Positions 47,401-58,424 of a stretch of 64,000 nt of DNA are shown piece by piece. The DNA is taken from NCBI GenBank assembly GCA_016618085.1, contig JABLTG010000034.1, positions 1 to 64,000 of the forward strand, in the 5' to 3' direction. The notes under the pieces are model-generated. The model saw nothing but the letters and a program-made list of their open reading frames with translations, was not told the DNA's origin and ran no database searches. How positions within the stretch are numbered: the first letter of the stretch is position 1; every line of letters starts with the position of its first letter. This DNA comes from Neovahlkampfia damariscottae. Taxonomy: Eukaryota. The position numbers were made by a program, and so were the translations under genes.

Positions 47401-47953
47401 ATTTATTTAATCCAAACTCTTTTTTGATTTTTTCTTCTTCTTCTTCATTTTGAATTCCTTTTTGATTTTTATAAAATGAAATCTCTTTTTTTATTGGAAA
47501 TTCAATCTTTTTAAAAATTGAAAATTTAGAATTAAATTTATATTTTCTTTTTTGATATTCAAATGATATTTCTTCTTTTTCTTCTTCATTTTTCTCTTTT
47601 ATTATTTCACAAATCTCATTTTGACCTTTATGTTCTTTTGGTTGAACGAAAATATATTTCGCATCTTTTACGTTTTTTGTTTCCGAATATTGAAATTTAA
47701 TTCTTAAATTTAAATTCCATAAACATAATAATGATAAAAATAGTTGAATTAAAACTTCAAAACCAAATATTATTAAAATTATAATTCTTTGTTTTTCAAC
47801 TTGTAAATATGAAATAAAAGTTAAACAATAAATGAAAAAAAATGGTAAAATATTAAAATGTAAATAATATGGTTTGAAATTATGATAAGTTAATTTATCA
47901 ATGGTTTTTGATTTAAATTTTGAGTCTTCCATCAATTCATTGTTTTTTGTCAT
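44486..47953 (-). CDS. ATP13A1: P5A-type ATPase (ATP13A1/Spf1 type)
   Basis: PPELPMEL, DKTGTLT, TGES, KGAPE, MCGDGTNDVGALKQ, LGDASIASPFTSK, RQGRCALVTTIQM; start at 47953 or 47932. Confidence 0.93.
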
Positions 47954-48031
47954 TTGACCAATCAAATCTTGATAAAATGAATGTGTTTGATTGGTCAATT
48001 CATTGAAAAGTATCTCTGCTAAAACCCAACA

Positions 48032-48925
48032 ATGAGTAGCGAAGAAGAGCAATTAAAGAGTTCTCTTGATCTTATGAGAAGATTACCACCTTCCCAAATT
48101 GACAAGAATTTATTATTTACTCTTGAATTAATCCCAGATTTAACAGATGACCTTCTTACAACAATTGATGTTCCACTCAAAACTGCTACTGATTCAAAAT
48201 GTGACAAAGATTATTTACTTTGTGATTATAATAGAGATGGAGATTCTTACAGGTAATTTTTTATTTTTTTTTTTTTTTAATGAAAAAAAGATCACCTTGG
48301 AGTAATGAATACGAACCTGAATTAGAAGATGGTACATTACCTTCAGATGATTTAAGAAAAATCGAAATTGAAGCAAATCAAGTTTTTGCATCATACTGTA
48401 ATGCTTATTATGAAGGTGGTATTTCATCAGCATATTTTTGGGATTTAGATGATGACTCATTTGGTGCATGTATTGTTTTTAAAAAAGATGGTTCAAAACA
48501 AAGAGACTTAGAAGCTGGTATTTGGGATTCAGTTCATGTTGTTGAAGTTATTCCAAACAAAGATGGTACTGCTGATTATAAACTTTCAACTACTATCATT
48601 CTTTCTTTATCAACAAAACAAAACAATTTAGATTTATCTGGATATATTCAAAGACAAGTATGATTTTTTTAAAATCCTTTTTAAAATTATTTTAAAGCAA
48701 CAAGAAACTCACAAATTTGATAAATTTACAACTCATACTGTTAACATTGGAAATATGATTCAATCAATGGAAAATCATTTAAGAGATTCTTTACAATCAG
48801 TTTACTTTGATAAAGCACGTGAAATTACTAGAGCTCTCCGCAGTTTACAACCAAAAAGTGAAACAAAAAAACAAAATATGTTACAAGACGAACTTGCAAA
48901 TGCTTTATCAAACAGAAAAAGATAA
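48032..48925 (+). CDS. CAPZB: F-actin capping protein beta subunit
   Basis: [47 protein letters not shown]; two introns. Confidence 0.97.
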
Positions 48926-48941
48926 AGTTTTTTTATTTTAT

Positions 48942-50544
48942 TTAAATATCTTCTTTTTCATAATAAAAAGGTATAAAACTAATTTTTCCATTTTTCCAAT
49001 TTGTTGATAACAATGATCCTTTTTGAAATCCTTTCCAAAAATTTAAATGACAACATCCTTTTCCTTCTTTAGGTCCTCTTATAAATCCTAAAAAAAAAAT
49101 GAATATTTAACACAGAATTCTAACCTAAAGGTGAAACTGGATTTAATGTTTTTATTGAATTGAAGTCACATCTCATTACAGCAAGTAAATTTGAATTTTC
49201 AAATGAAACAACAAGTCTTTCTCCATTTTGATCAAGTGAAATTTCTGAAATATCTCCACATAAACTGATAAACAATAAATTATTTTTTTCTTTTTCTTAC
49301 TTTAAACTATCTTCATCATCTCTTGAAAATTTAAATTTGAATTCTGATAAATTTATGTTTAAAAATGGTTTTCCTTCAATTTTAGAAGAATTTGAATTGA
49401 AAGTCAAAATAAATATTTCATCATGATTCAATTCTGAATATAAAAGATAATTACTATTTGGTGACCAAGCAAAACACTAAAGAAATATTAAAAAAATAAA
49501 AATAGGATTACAGTTGTTGGTGAATTTACATTGTACCATTTTTCCGATTTCCATGAATTGGTATTCCAAATTCGAAAAGTATTTGAACTGAAAAAAATTA
49601 AAGTAAAAATAAAAAATTACAGTGTAAAAGAAACTAAAGAGTTTCCATTTGGTGAAAACCCTAAATTAGTAATGCCACCATCAAACTTTGTAATGAATTT
49701 ATAATTCCATTTTTTATTTTCATCTAAAGTCCATAAAAGAATTCTATGATCTTTTAGACTTCCAACTGCTAATTTATTTCCACATGGTGACCAGTCTAAA
49801 GATGTAATTGATTCAAATCCTTCTACTTTTAAGAAAATGCAAATACTTTCAAAAAATGAATGAAATATATTGAATTACCCATTTGAATTCAAATCAGTTC
49901 CAATATCACCAATTCTTTTGTTTAAATCCCAAACACATATCCCATATTTACAACCAACAGCAAAAATATGTTCTGAATTTGGTCTCCATTTCAAAGTAGA
50001 AATTTCAACATGAAAGTCATGACGAATAATTTGTTTTGACCATTTTTCTGATTTCATATTAAAAAAGTAGACTGAATTATCTTGTAAAACAACTGCTAAA
50101 ATAAAACTCTTTGAATTCCAGTCCTGTGTTCGAATTGGACATTTTTCAGTTTTGGAAATATAGTGCAACCGATATTCTTCTGGAATTGGAACAGAAAAGA
50201 ACAGTTGAAATATTGGTAAATGATATGCCAAAGTTTGAAAATATGAATGATCTGAAATAATAGATTCCTTTTCGTCTTCCTCTTCTTCTTGTTCATTTAC
50301 GTTTAAAAATAATTCTCTAATTCGTTTTTTATAATGAGTAGGATTTATATCTAGAGGTACTTTAACATTTGGATATAGAGCGCCCTTTTTTTTTTAATAA
50401 AAATAATTAAACCTCATTATTCATCCATTTTTCTAAATTTGATTCTGAAGGAAGTGTCAAAAGTTTAGTTTCAACTTCTCCTAAAGTCAATTCATTTTCG
50501 TTTGAAGGAAAAACATGAAGTTGACGAAACAAATTGTCGCTCAT
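48942..50544 (-). CDS. AAAS: Aladin-like WD40 nucleoporin
   Basis: N-terminal FPSNENELTLGEV, KWRPNS..FAVGCKYGICVW, LDWSPCG, FRIWNTNSW, C-terminal GFIRGP...KGSLLSTNWKNGKISFIPFYY; many introns. Confidence 0.8.
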
Positions 50545-50588
50545 GAATAAATTGATTGGTCAAAAAAATAAAACATGAAATCGAAAAT

Positions 50589-51499
50589 TTATAAAACTTT
50601 TGCTTCTTCTTTTAATTTTTTAACAAGTTCTTCAACATTTGCAACTTCAACACCACCTTTTCTTTCTGCTGGTTCTTCAACTTTTTTAATAGTTAATCTT
50701 GGTTTGATATCAACATTCAATTCTTCTAATGACATTGAATCAATTTTCTTTTTTTTTGCTGCCATTATACTTTTTAAATTTGGTAATCGAGGTTCATTGA
50801 GTCTTAAAAGAAGGGTTGTTTAGTCAATTGTATTCTTGAATACCTTAAATCTGCTGAAATAACACTTGGAAGTGAACTTTCAATAATTTCTAAACCACCA
50901 TCTAATAATAATTGTTACATCAAAATGATTAATAATTACCAATTTCTCTTGTAACTTTTGCAGTTTTTTTATCTTCTGAAATTTCAATTTTTGAAGCAAA
51001 AGTAGCTTGTGACCAATTCAATAAAGATGAAAGAATTTGAGGTGTTTGAGAGAAATCACCATCAATTGATTGTTTTCCAAGTAACACTAAATTTGGTGTT
51101 TCTTTTTCAACAACCTTTTTCAAAATTTTCGCAACAGCCAATGGTTCAACTTCAGCATCACCAACATCAACATGAATTGCTTTGTCTGCACCAAAAGCAA
51201 ATGATCTTTTTAAAACATCTTGACTTTCTTTTGGTCCAATGGAAACTGAAACAATCTTTGAAAAAATTAAAAAAAGTGAAATATTCAAACCTCTGAAACT
51301 AATCCTTTTTCCTTTTTTTCAATTTTTTAGATATTTTTTTTGTTTCTACTTTCATTTTCACTGCTTCTTCCATTGCAATTTCGTCAAATGGATTCATAGA
51401 GTGTTTTATATTTTGTTTTACAACACCAGAAAAATCAGGTTTAACTCTGACTTTAACAGCATAATCAATTACTCTTTTAACACCGACCAAAACTTTCAT
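50589..51499 (-). CDS. ETFB: Electron transfer flavoprotein beta subunit
   Basis: [52 protein letters not shown]; includes a 21-nt exon. Confidence 0.96.
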
Positions 51500-51666
51500 T
51501 TTTTTTTAAAAAAATCAGATGATTGGTTCAATTTTTTCACTTTCCAAAATAAAAGAAAAATGATTGAAAATTTTATTTAACACTATTTTTTACAAATTCG
51601 AGAATACTTTTAAAGGTCCAATCAAATTTAAATCTAGATTCCAAAACTGAAACAAAAAGAGTTTTG

Positions 51667-54329
51667 ATGAGTTTGGAAGAGATTAAAAAAGAGAATGAAG
51701 AATTGAATAAAAAATTAAAAAAATCAGAGAAAGAGATTGAACTACAAAAGAAAAAGGTTCAACGAATAAAAACTGAAAAGGATTTGGTAAAGAAAAAAAA
51801 ATATTTAACATTCATTGTTAAAGGCTTGGACTCAAATAGAAGATGAAAAAAAACAACAACAAATTAAAATTAAAGAAATAGAAGAGAACTTTGAAATGAT
51901 TATCAAAAAGAAAAATGAAACAATTTCACAGTTGTCATTTGAATCATCCAAAGAAAAAGATAATTATTCTAAATTTGAAAAAGAAAAGGGAGTTTTGAAT
52001 AATAAAATAAATGGATTACTGAAAGAAAAAGAAGATATTTTAAAAAAAAAAGAAAAAAAAGAAAATGAAAATATTAAGAAATTAGAGTTGAAAATAGATG
52101 AATTGACAAAACAAAATGAAAAAAAAATAAATGAAATAAATAAGGAGAATGAAAAGGCTTTGGATAGTTTGAATAAAAAGAATGAAAAAATATTGAATGA
52201 TTTGAACAAGTCGAACGAAAAACAATTGGAAGAATTAAATAAAAAGAATGAATCTTTGAATAAAAAAATTGAAGAAATAAATAAAAAAAATGAAGAGTTA
52301 TTAAATGAAAATGAAAGAAATAAACAAGAAATTAAATCAAAGGAAATTAAATATACAGGTATTAATTATATTTTTAATTTTTCCAAAAATAGAAATTTTT
52401 AAAAATATTTCAAATCAAATGAGTGAAATGGAAAAGCAAAATTCAAAAAATTTATCAAATTTTAAAGAAGAAAAAGATAAATTGAATAAGACCATTAAAA
52501 ATTTAAATGAAAATTTAAAAAAGAGAGAAATTGAATCTGAAATTTTAAATAAACAATTAAAAGATAAAGAGGAAACAATATTGAATTTGAATCAAAATTT
52601 AAAACAACAAAAGGAAAATTTAAAGAATTTAAATCAAATATTAAATAAAAATAATGAAGAATTTAAAAAGACTGAGAATGAATTAAAAAATAAATTGACA
52701 AATGATAATGAAGAGTTTAAAAAAATATTAAATAAAAAAGAGGAAGAATTTAAGAAAATATTGAAAGAAAATGACATGAAATTTAATCAATTTTTGAATA
52801 AAAAAGATGATGAATTTAAAAAAACTTTGACAAATGAAAAAGAAGAATTTAAAAAATTATTGGACATTGAAAAGAATGAAAATGAATTGAAAATTAAAGA
52901 TTTAAATCAAAAAAGTGATTTAAAAATGAAGGAAGTATCAAATAAATATGAAACAAAAATTAAAAATTTAAACGAAAATTTAGAAGAAAAACAAAATCAA
53001 ATTTTAAGTTTAGACGAAAAATTTGAAAATGAATTCAATCAAAATAAAAATTTAAAAAAAGAAATTGAAAATTTAAATATAAAAAATAAAAAAGAGATTG
53101 AAGATTTTAAATTAAAATTTAAAGAATCTGAAAATTTAAATAAAAAAGAAACGAATGAAAAATTTGAAGATTTAAAGAAAGAAAAAGAAGAAAGGGAAAA
53201 AGAAATACAAAATGACTTTGATTCAAAATTAAATAAATTACAACTAGAGAATGATGAATTATTAAAAAATTTAAAAATTGAAAAAGACGAAGAAATAAAA
53301 AAAATAAAACAAATGTTTGAATTAAAATTAAAAGAATTACAATCAGAAAATGATGAAAATTTAAATCAATTTAATGAAATTAATGAATTAAAATTAAAAT
53401 CAATCAATGAAATTCAAGCAGAAAATAATAATTTAGAAAAAATGATTGGAGAATTAAATAAAAAAATACAAGAATTAGAAGATGATAAAACTGAGTTAAA
53501 ATTAAATTTAGAAGAAGAAGAATTAAATTTTGAAGATGAGAAAATTAAAATTGAATTAAACTTTAATGATAATTTAAATAAAAAGATCGAAGAATTTAAT
53601 ATCCAATTAGAAGAATCTTTAAATGAAGAAAATAAAAAATTAAAAGATTTTAAATTAAAAAAAGAAGAAGAAATCAAAAATTTAAATTTAAAACAAAAAG
53701 AAGAGATAAATATTTTAAAAAAGGAAATCAAAAACTTAAAAGAAGAAATTAAAATTGAAAATGAAAAATATGAAGAATTAGAAAAAGAAAATGAAATTTT
53801 AAAAGAAGAAATTTCAATTAATGAAGATTATTCTACTTTAATAACTGAAATCGAAAATGAAAATGAAAATCTAAAAATAGAAAATGAAAAAATGAATTCA
53901 ATAAAAAAAGAAAATGAAGATGTAAATATGCACTTGAGATATTTAGAAGGTGAAATTGTAAAATTTGTTGAAGTTTCACCAAAACCCAAAATAATACATT
54001 ATGCATATTTAATTGATTGTATATCTGATAAATCACCTGTACTTTATATCATAAAAGTTGTAAAAGGTTTTGAAGTATGGGAAATTTCAAAAAGATATTC
54101 TGATTTTGAAATGTTGAATAATCATATTTTAAAAAATTCTGAAAATCTTTCATTACCTGAATTTCCAAAAAAGACATTATTTGCAACTCAATATGTTCAT
54201 CAAGAAAGATTTAAAAAGTTTAAAGTTTATATTGATTTTATAATATCAAATAGAGCAATAATGTATTTGGATCATGTTCAAGAATTCTTTTCAACAAATG
54301 AAAGTGATGATGAAAATATTATTTATTAA
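51667..54329 (+). CDS. Long coiled-coil protein with a C-terminal PX domain
   Basis: K/E/N-rich heptads followed by WEISKRYSDFEML...LPEFPKK...ERF...FF; two introns. Confidence 0.85.
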
Positions 54330-54351
54330 AAAAAGAGATATCTCATATTTA

Positions 54352-55503
54352 TCATTCAAATAAAGAAAGAATAGTCATATTTCCTTGATGTAATTTTATA
54401 TATTCTAATGGTGTTAATCCATTTTTATCTTTGATTGTTAAATCAACTTTTTTACATTTTATGAATTCTTTTAATTCAGTTTCATCATTCATTTCAATGG
54501 AATATTGAATTAAAATATGAAGTGCATTTTGACCTTCACTTCCAAATTCATTTATTGATTCTTTTGACATTTCTTTTAATAATAAAGGTATATACTCAAA
54601 TTTATTCCAAAGTAGACTTTTATGTAATGCATTCCATCCATAATAATCTTTTCCATTGATATTGATTGTTTCATCAGCAATCAAATTTGATAGGTCATTC
54701 AAATCTTTTGGACATGAACCATATTCAAATAATTTTGATATTGATATTTTCTTTTGAATTGGTTCTGATTGTTGTTTATCAATTTTATTAATAATTTTCC
54801 CTTTTACATCAAATGTATGTGTTACTTTAATTAGATTTTCTAATTGATTTGAATGATGTATTTTATTTTTAGATTTGTTCATAAATTCTTCAATGATGGA
54901 TTTTTGTTGATTTCTTTCTGGTATTTCAATTTTTTCGTTTTTTATTTCTTTTGCTTCTTTGATTATATTTTCTTCGCAAAACTTTTCCAAATTTTCAAAG
55001 GTGCTTTTTTCTCCATTTTCAAAAGCAACTCTTAAAGCAGTTCTATTCCATTTATCTTCCATTGTAGTGGAAGCTCCATTTTGGCATAAAATTTTTACAA
55101 CTTCAACATGACCAGAAGCACATGCCAAGTGTAAAGGTGTTTCATTCCATTCATTTTGAGAATTTAAAATGATTTCAAGTTCTTTTTTTGATTTAATAAA
55201 ATTACAAAGAAACTCTAAACAGTTCAAAGAATTTGAATTCGCACATAAATGAAATATTGAATCTTTTCTATTTGTCATCATTGATATATTTATATTTGTA
55301 TGAGACACTAATATTTTGACAATGTTAAGTTCGTCAAAATAACAAGCTGAATGAAGAGCAGTGTTTCCTTTTTCATCTTGGAAATTTATATTTATAAGTT
55401 CTTCATCTATCAATTTTTGAAGTTCTTTTGACTGACCAGATGAAGAAAAAACCAATAAATTCTTGTTTGCTTCATCAAGTTGGTTATTTTGAACTGTGGT
55501 CAT
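54352..55503 (-). CDS. Ankyrin-repeat protein
   Basis: GNTALHSA, ETPLHLAC, GWNALHK, GQNALH, GLTPL. Confidence 0.9.
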   Translation of the reverse strand: MTTVQNNQLDEANKNLLVFSSSGQSKELQKLIDEELININFQDEKGNTALHSACYFDELNIVKILVSHTNINISMMTNRKDSIFHLCANSNSLNCLEFLCNFIKSKKELEIILNSQNEWNETPLHLACASGHVEVVKILCQNGASTTMEDKWNRTALRVAFENGEKSTFENLEKFCEENIIKEAKEIKNEKIEIPERNQQKSIIEEFMNKSKNKIHHSNQLENLIKVTHTFDVKGKIINKIDKQQSEPIQKKISISKLFEYGSCPKDLNDLSNLIADETININGKDYYGWNALHKSLLWNKFEYIPLLLKEMSKESINEFGSEGQNALHILIQYSIEMNDETELKEFIKCKKVDLTIKDKNGLTPLEYIKLHQGNMTILSLFE

Positions 55504-55797
55504 AAATTTAATTCGCCAATCAAATTAGTCCACAAAAAATGAATACTTGTCAAAAATGAGTTTCATGTTTTAATTATTTGCAAGTATAAACTTATTTGTT
55601 CTTCACTATAAGTATAATTGTTTATAGAAGTAAATCCAGAAAATATGTCAAAGGGATGTGATGTCCAACATCCTTCAAAAAAAAAATCAAGAAATATTGA
55701 TTAAATATGAATCAAACATCAAATTGAAGCATATTCTCAAATTCAATTTAAATTTTTGGAGTTTTGATATCAGATGAATTGGACTTTGTTACAGGTT

Positions 55798-55986
55798 TTA
55801 TTTTCTAGATTTACTGATAAATTGTTTGAAACTTTTCTCTTCTTTTTCTTCTATTGAATTATTTTTCTCATACTGGGATCGTTTTTTTGCTCTTCCGGTT
55901 TTTGGTTTTGTTTTAGGTAGTTTTTCTACCTTTGGTGTTTGTCTTCTTACTTTTCCTTCTGATACGTGGCCGTAATGTTTTGCCAT
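55798..55986 (-). CDS. RPS30: 40S ribosomal protein eS30-like (stand-alone, divergent)
   Basis: GKVRRQTPKVEK...TGRAKKRSQY; ATTGG/CCAAT box near 56017. Confidence 0.8.
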   Translation of the reverse strand: MAKHYGHVSEGKVRRQTPKVEKLPKTKPKTGRAKKRSQYEKNNSIEEKEEKSFKQFISKSRK

Positions 55987-56065
55987 TACTTTTCTGGGTT
56001 TTGTGAATGAAACCGACCAATCAAACCCAGAATAGTTTCAACCATTTTTTAACAAAATAAAAACT

Positions 56066-57267
56066 TTAATTACTAGTCAATTTTCCTTCTTCTACTAATT
56101 CTAAAATATCGTTTAATGTTTTTTCAACATTTGAAATAGATGTTGCTTCTGAAAGAAATACATGTATTCTATTTGGATCATATTTATTTCTTTTTAAATA
56201 TTGATTTTTAATAAAATCAATTGCATCTTCTTTTGTTTCACCATCATATTCTTCAAAAGTATTTGATAATTTAACAATATCAATTTTTTTTGTAAACAAA
56301 TCAAATTTGTTCAAAATTAAAATGACAGGTTTATCTCTAAAATGAGTTCCATTTATATGTTCATCAAATAAATCTAAACTATCAATCATTCTATTAGTAA
56401 CATCATCTTCATAACATTTTTGATTATATTCACTCAAAGAACTGATAAAGATAACACCATCAATTCCATCAAATGCTTTGAAATTTTAAATTAAATTTTC
56501 TTTACATTGAATCCATTTTTTTCTTTCATTTTTTTGACCACCAACATCAACAAATGAAAATTCATATGTTTGTTGACTTCTTTTTGTTGTAAAATTAAAT
56601 TTTGAAAATCCAGTTGTTTTTCTTCTACATTTTAAAATATCTTGGTCTGTTGGTACGTATGTTTTTGGATCAAGTTGTTCAAGTCTTTCATTTATAAAAT
56701 ATTTAGCACCATCAAAAATATGTTTTTTTAAACTAATTTCATTAAAATATGATTCAATAGATTCATCTTTAAAGAATTCAATAATCTCTTTATGAAAATG
56801 TGCAAAAGGTACTTGACCTTTCAATGAAAAATGAAGATTATTCTCTTTTGAAAAATTAATTATATTTTCAATAGTTTCCTTTAAAAAATGAGTTTTCTTT
56901 GTTTTTTTTTTACTTTATTCTTTGGATTGGAATATTGAATATTATTTTCTGTGTAGTATTCATCAATAGATTTCATAGCAATTAAAAGAGATCCAAGTAT
57001 AACTTGAACATAAAGATCTTCTTCATTCTTAGTTGTTATTAACTTCTCATTAAATAAAAGTTTAATTTGTTTTAATAAAGTCTAAAAAAAAAAAACTTAA
57101 AAATTATATTTTTTTTTTAACTGATTTTCCACTCTCACCAGTTCCTTTCTTTTTTAGTTTTAGTTTTATATAGTACCTAATAGAATGAATTGTTGTTGTA
57201 TTGATTTCTTTTTTCTTTCTTCTGGTTTTATTTGTGTTTCTGTGTCACTAACAAAATTATTACCCAT
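56066..57267 (-). CDS. Heterotrimeric G-protein alpha subunit
   Basis: MG start, LLGTGESGKSTFIKQ (through a 23-nt exon at 57122-57144), RRKTTG, DVGGQKNERKKW, LNKFD. Confidence 0.93.
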
Positions 57268-57434
57268 TTTTTATTGGACAATGAAAATTTGAATGGACAT
57301 TTTAGAAATGTAGTCGTTCGAATTTCTTTTATTATGTATGTCAAAATTCTTCATTTTCTTCCCTTTTCGTTGAGCTTGAGAAACAAAAATGTGCAAAAAA
57401 ACAATAAAAAAATGTTAAGTCTATTTTTTTCATA

Positions 57435-58214
57435 TTAATTCGTTTTTATTTTGAGATTATTTTCATCAAATAATTTATTAATCATGATTCCACAAAAAAA
57501 TCCTTTTTCATTTTTAAAAAAACTAAAAATTAAAGTTACCTGCAATAATGTCGCATGAATAATGTGTTTTGGTTGTAAGAAATATAACAACTTGAAATAT
57601 ATTATACACGTATGTAATAATATTAGCAAGAGTAAAATATTTTTGTTTTTTTAAATCATAACCACAAATGATACTGACTTTTTTTTGAAAATGGTTAAAG
57701 TTGAATTTTATTACTTGCAATATGACCACTAAAAAAATAATCATTTCTACTTTCAGGAATTCCAGGAAAATGCCAAATCAAATCTTTTAAAAATTATAAT
57801 TTACAATTTTCTTTTTTTTACCTTTTGGATTTGGAAGAACAAAGATATGCATTGAAAATACTCTTAACAAATACATTGTAACAATTGAATATCCTAAATT
57901 AATTTTTTGATATGCAATCACTCTTATTGTCAAATAAATAACAATAGACATCATTATTATTGATTGCACTCCAAAAATAATGAATCTAAAATTGTACATT
58001 GAGTCTGGTTTTACAAAATCGTGAAGTGGTTGAAATATTTGAAATCCAACATCAACAAAGTGGTCAGCTTTGAAAAAAAATTTCAATTAGTTTTTCAAAT
58101 TTGTTTACGATTTTCTGTGAAGTAAGTGATATAATATTCTACTAATGACACAAAGGTCATCAATAGAAGGATTATAAACTTATCTTTACCGTACTTCAAA
58201 AAATTTTGAATCAT
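57435..58214 (-). CDS. Sphingomyelin synthase-like / PAP2-superfamily phosphotransferase
   Basis: DHFVDVGF, LLRVFSMHIFVLPNP, DYFFSGH, HYSCDII; multiple TM helices and introns; 3' end approximate. Confidence 0.75.
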
Positions 58215-58424
58215 CAATTCACACAACCAATCAGAAATTGACAATTTACATAATAAAAAATAAAACGGATATACTTTTAGAATTGAATAAAAAATTAATT
58301 TTTAACAAAAAAAAAATATCACCTAAAAAATCGGGGAAAATGATTGGTTCTATAAAAATCTCCAAGTCCGTTGACCAATCAAATATTAATTTCTCCTCTT
58401 AAGCTTTGTTAAACATTTCACATC

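Noticed and set aside
55650..55680. Small hairpin GGATGT-N8-ACATCC with a C-box-like GTGATG, possible snoRNA
   Set aside because: The stem is only about 6-8 bp, the C box is imperfect and I found no convincing D box or guide; not supportable without a covariance search.
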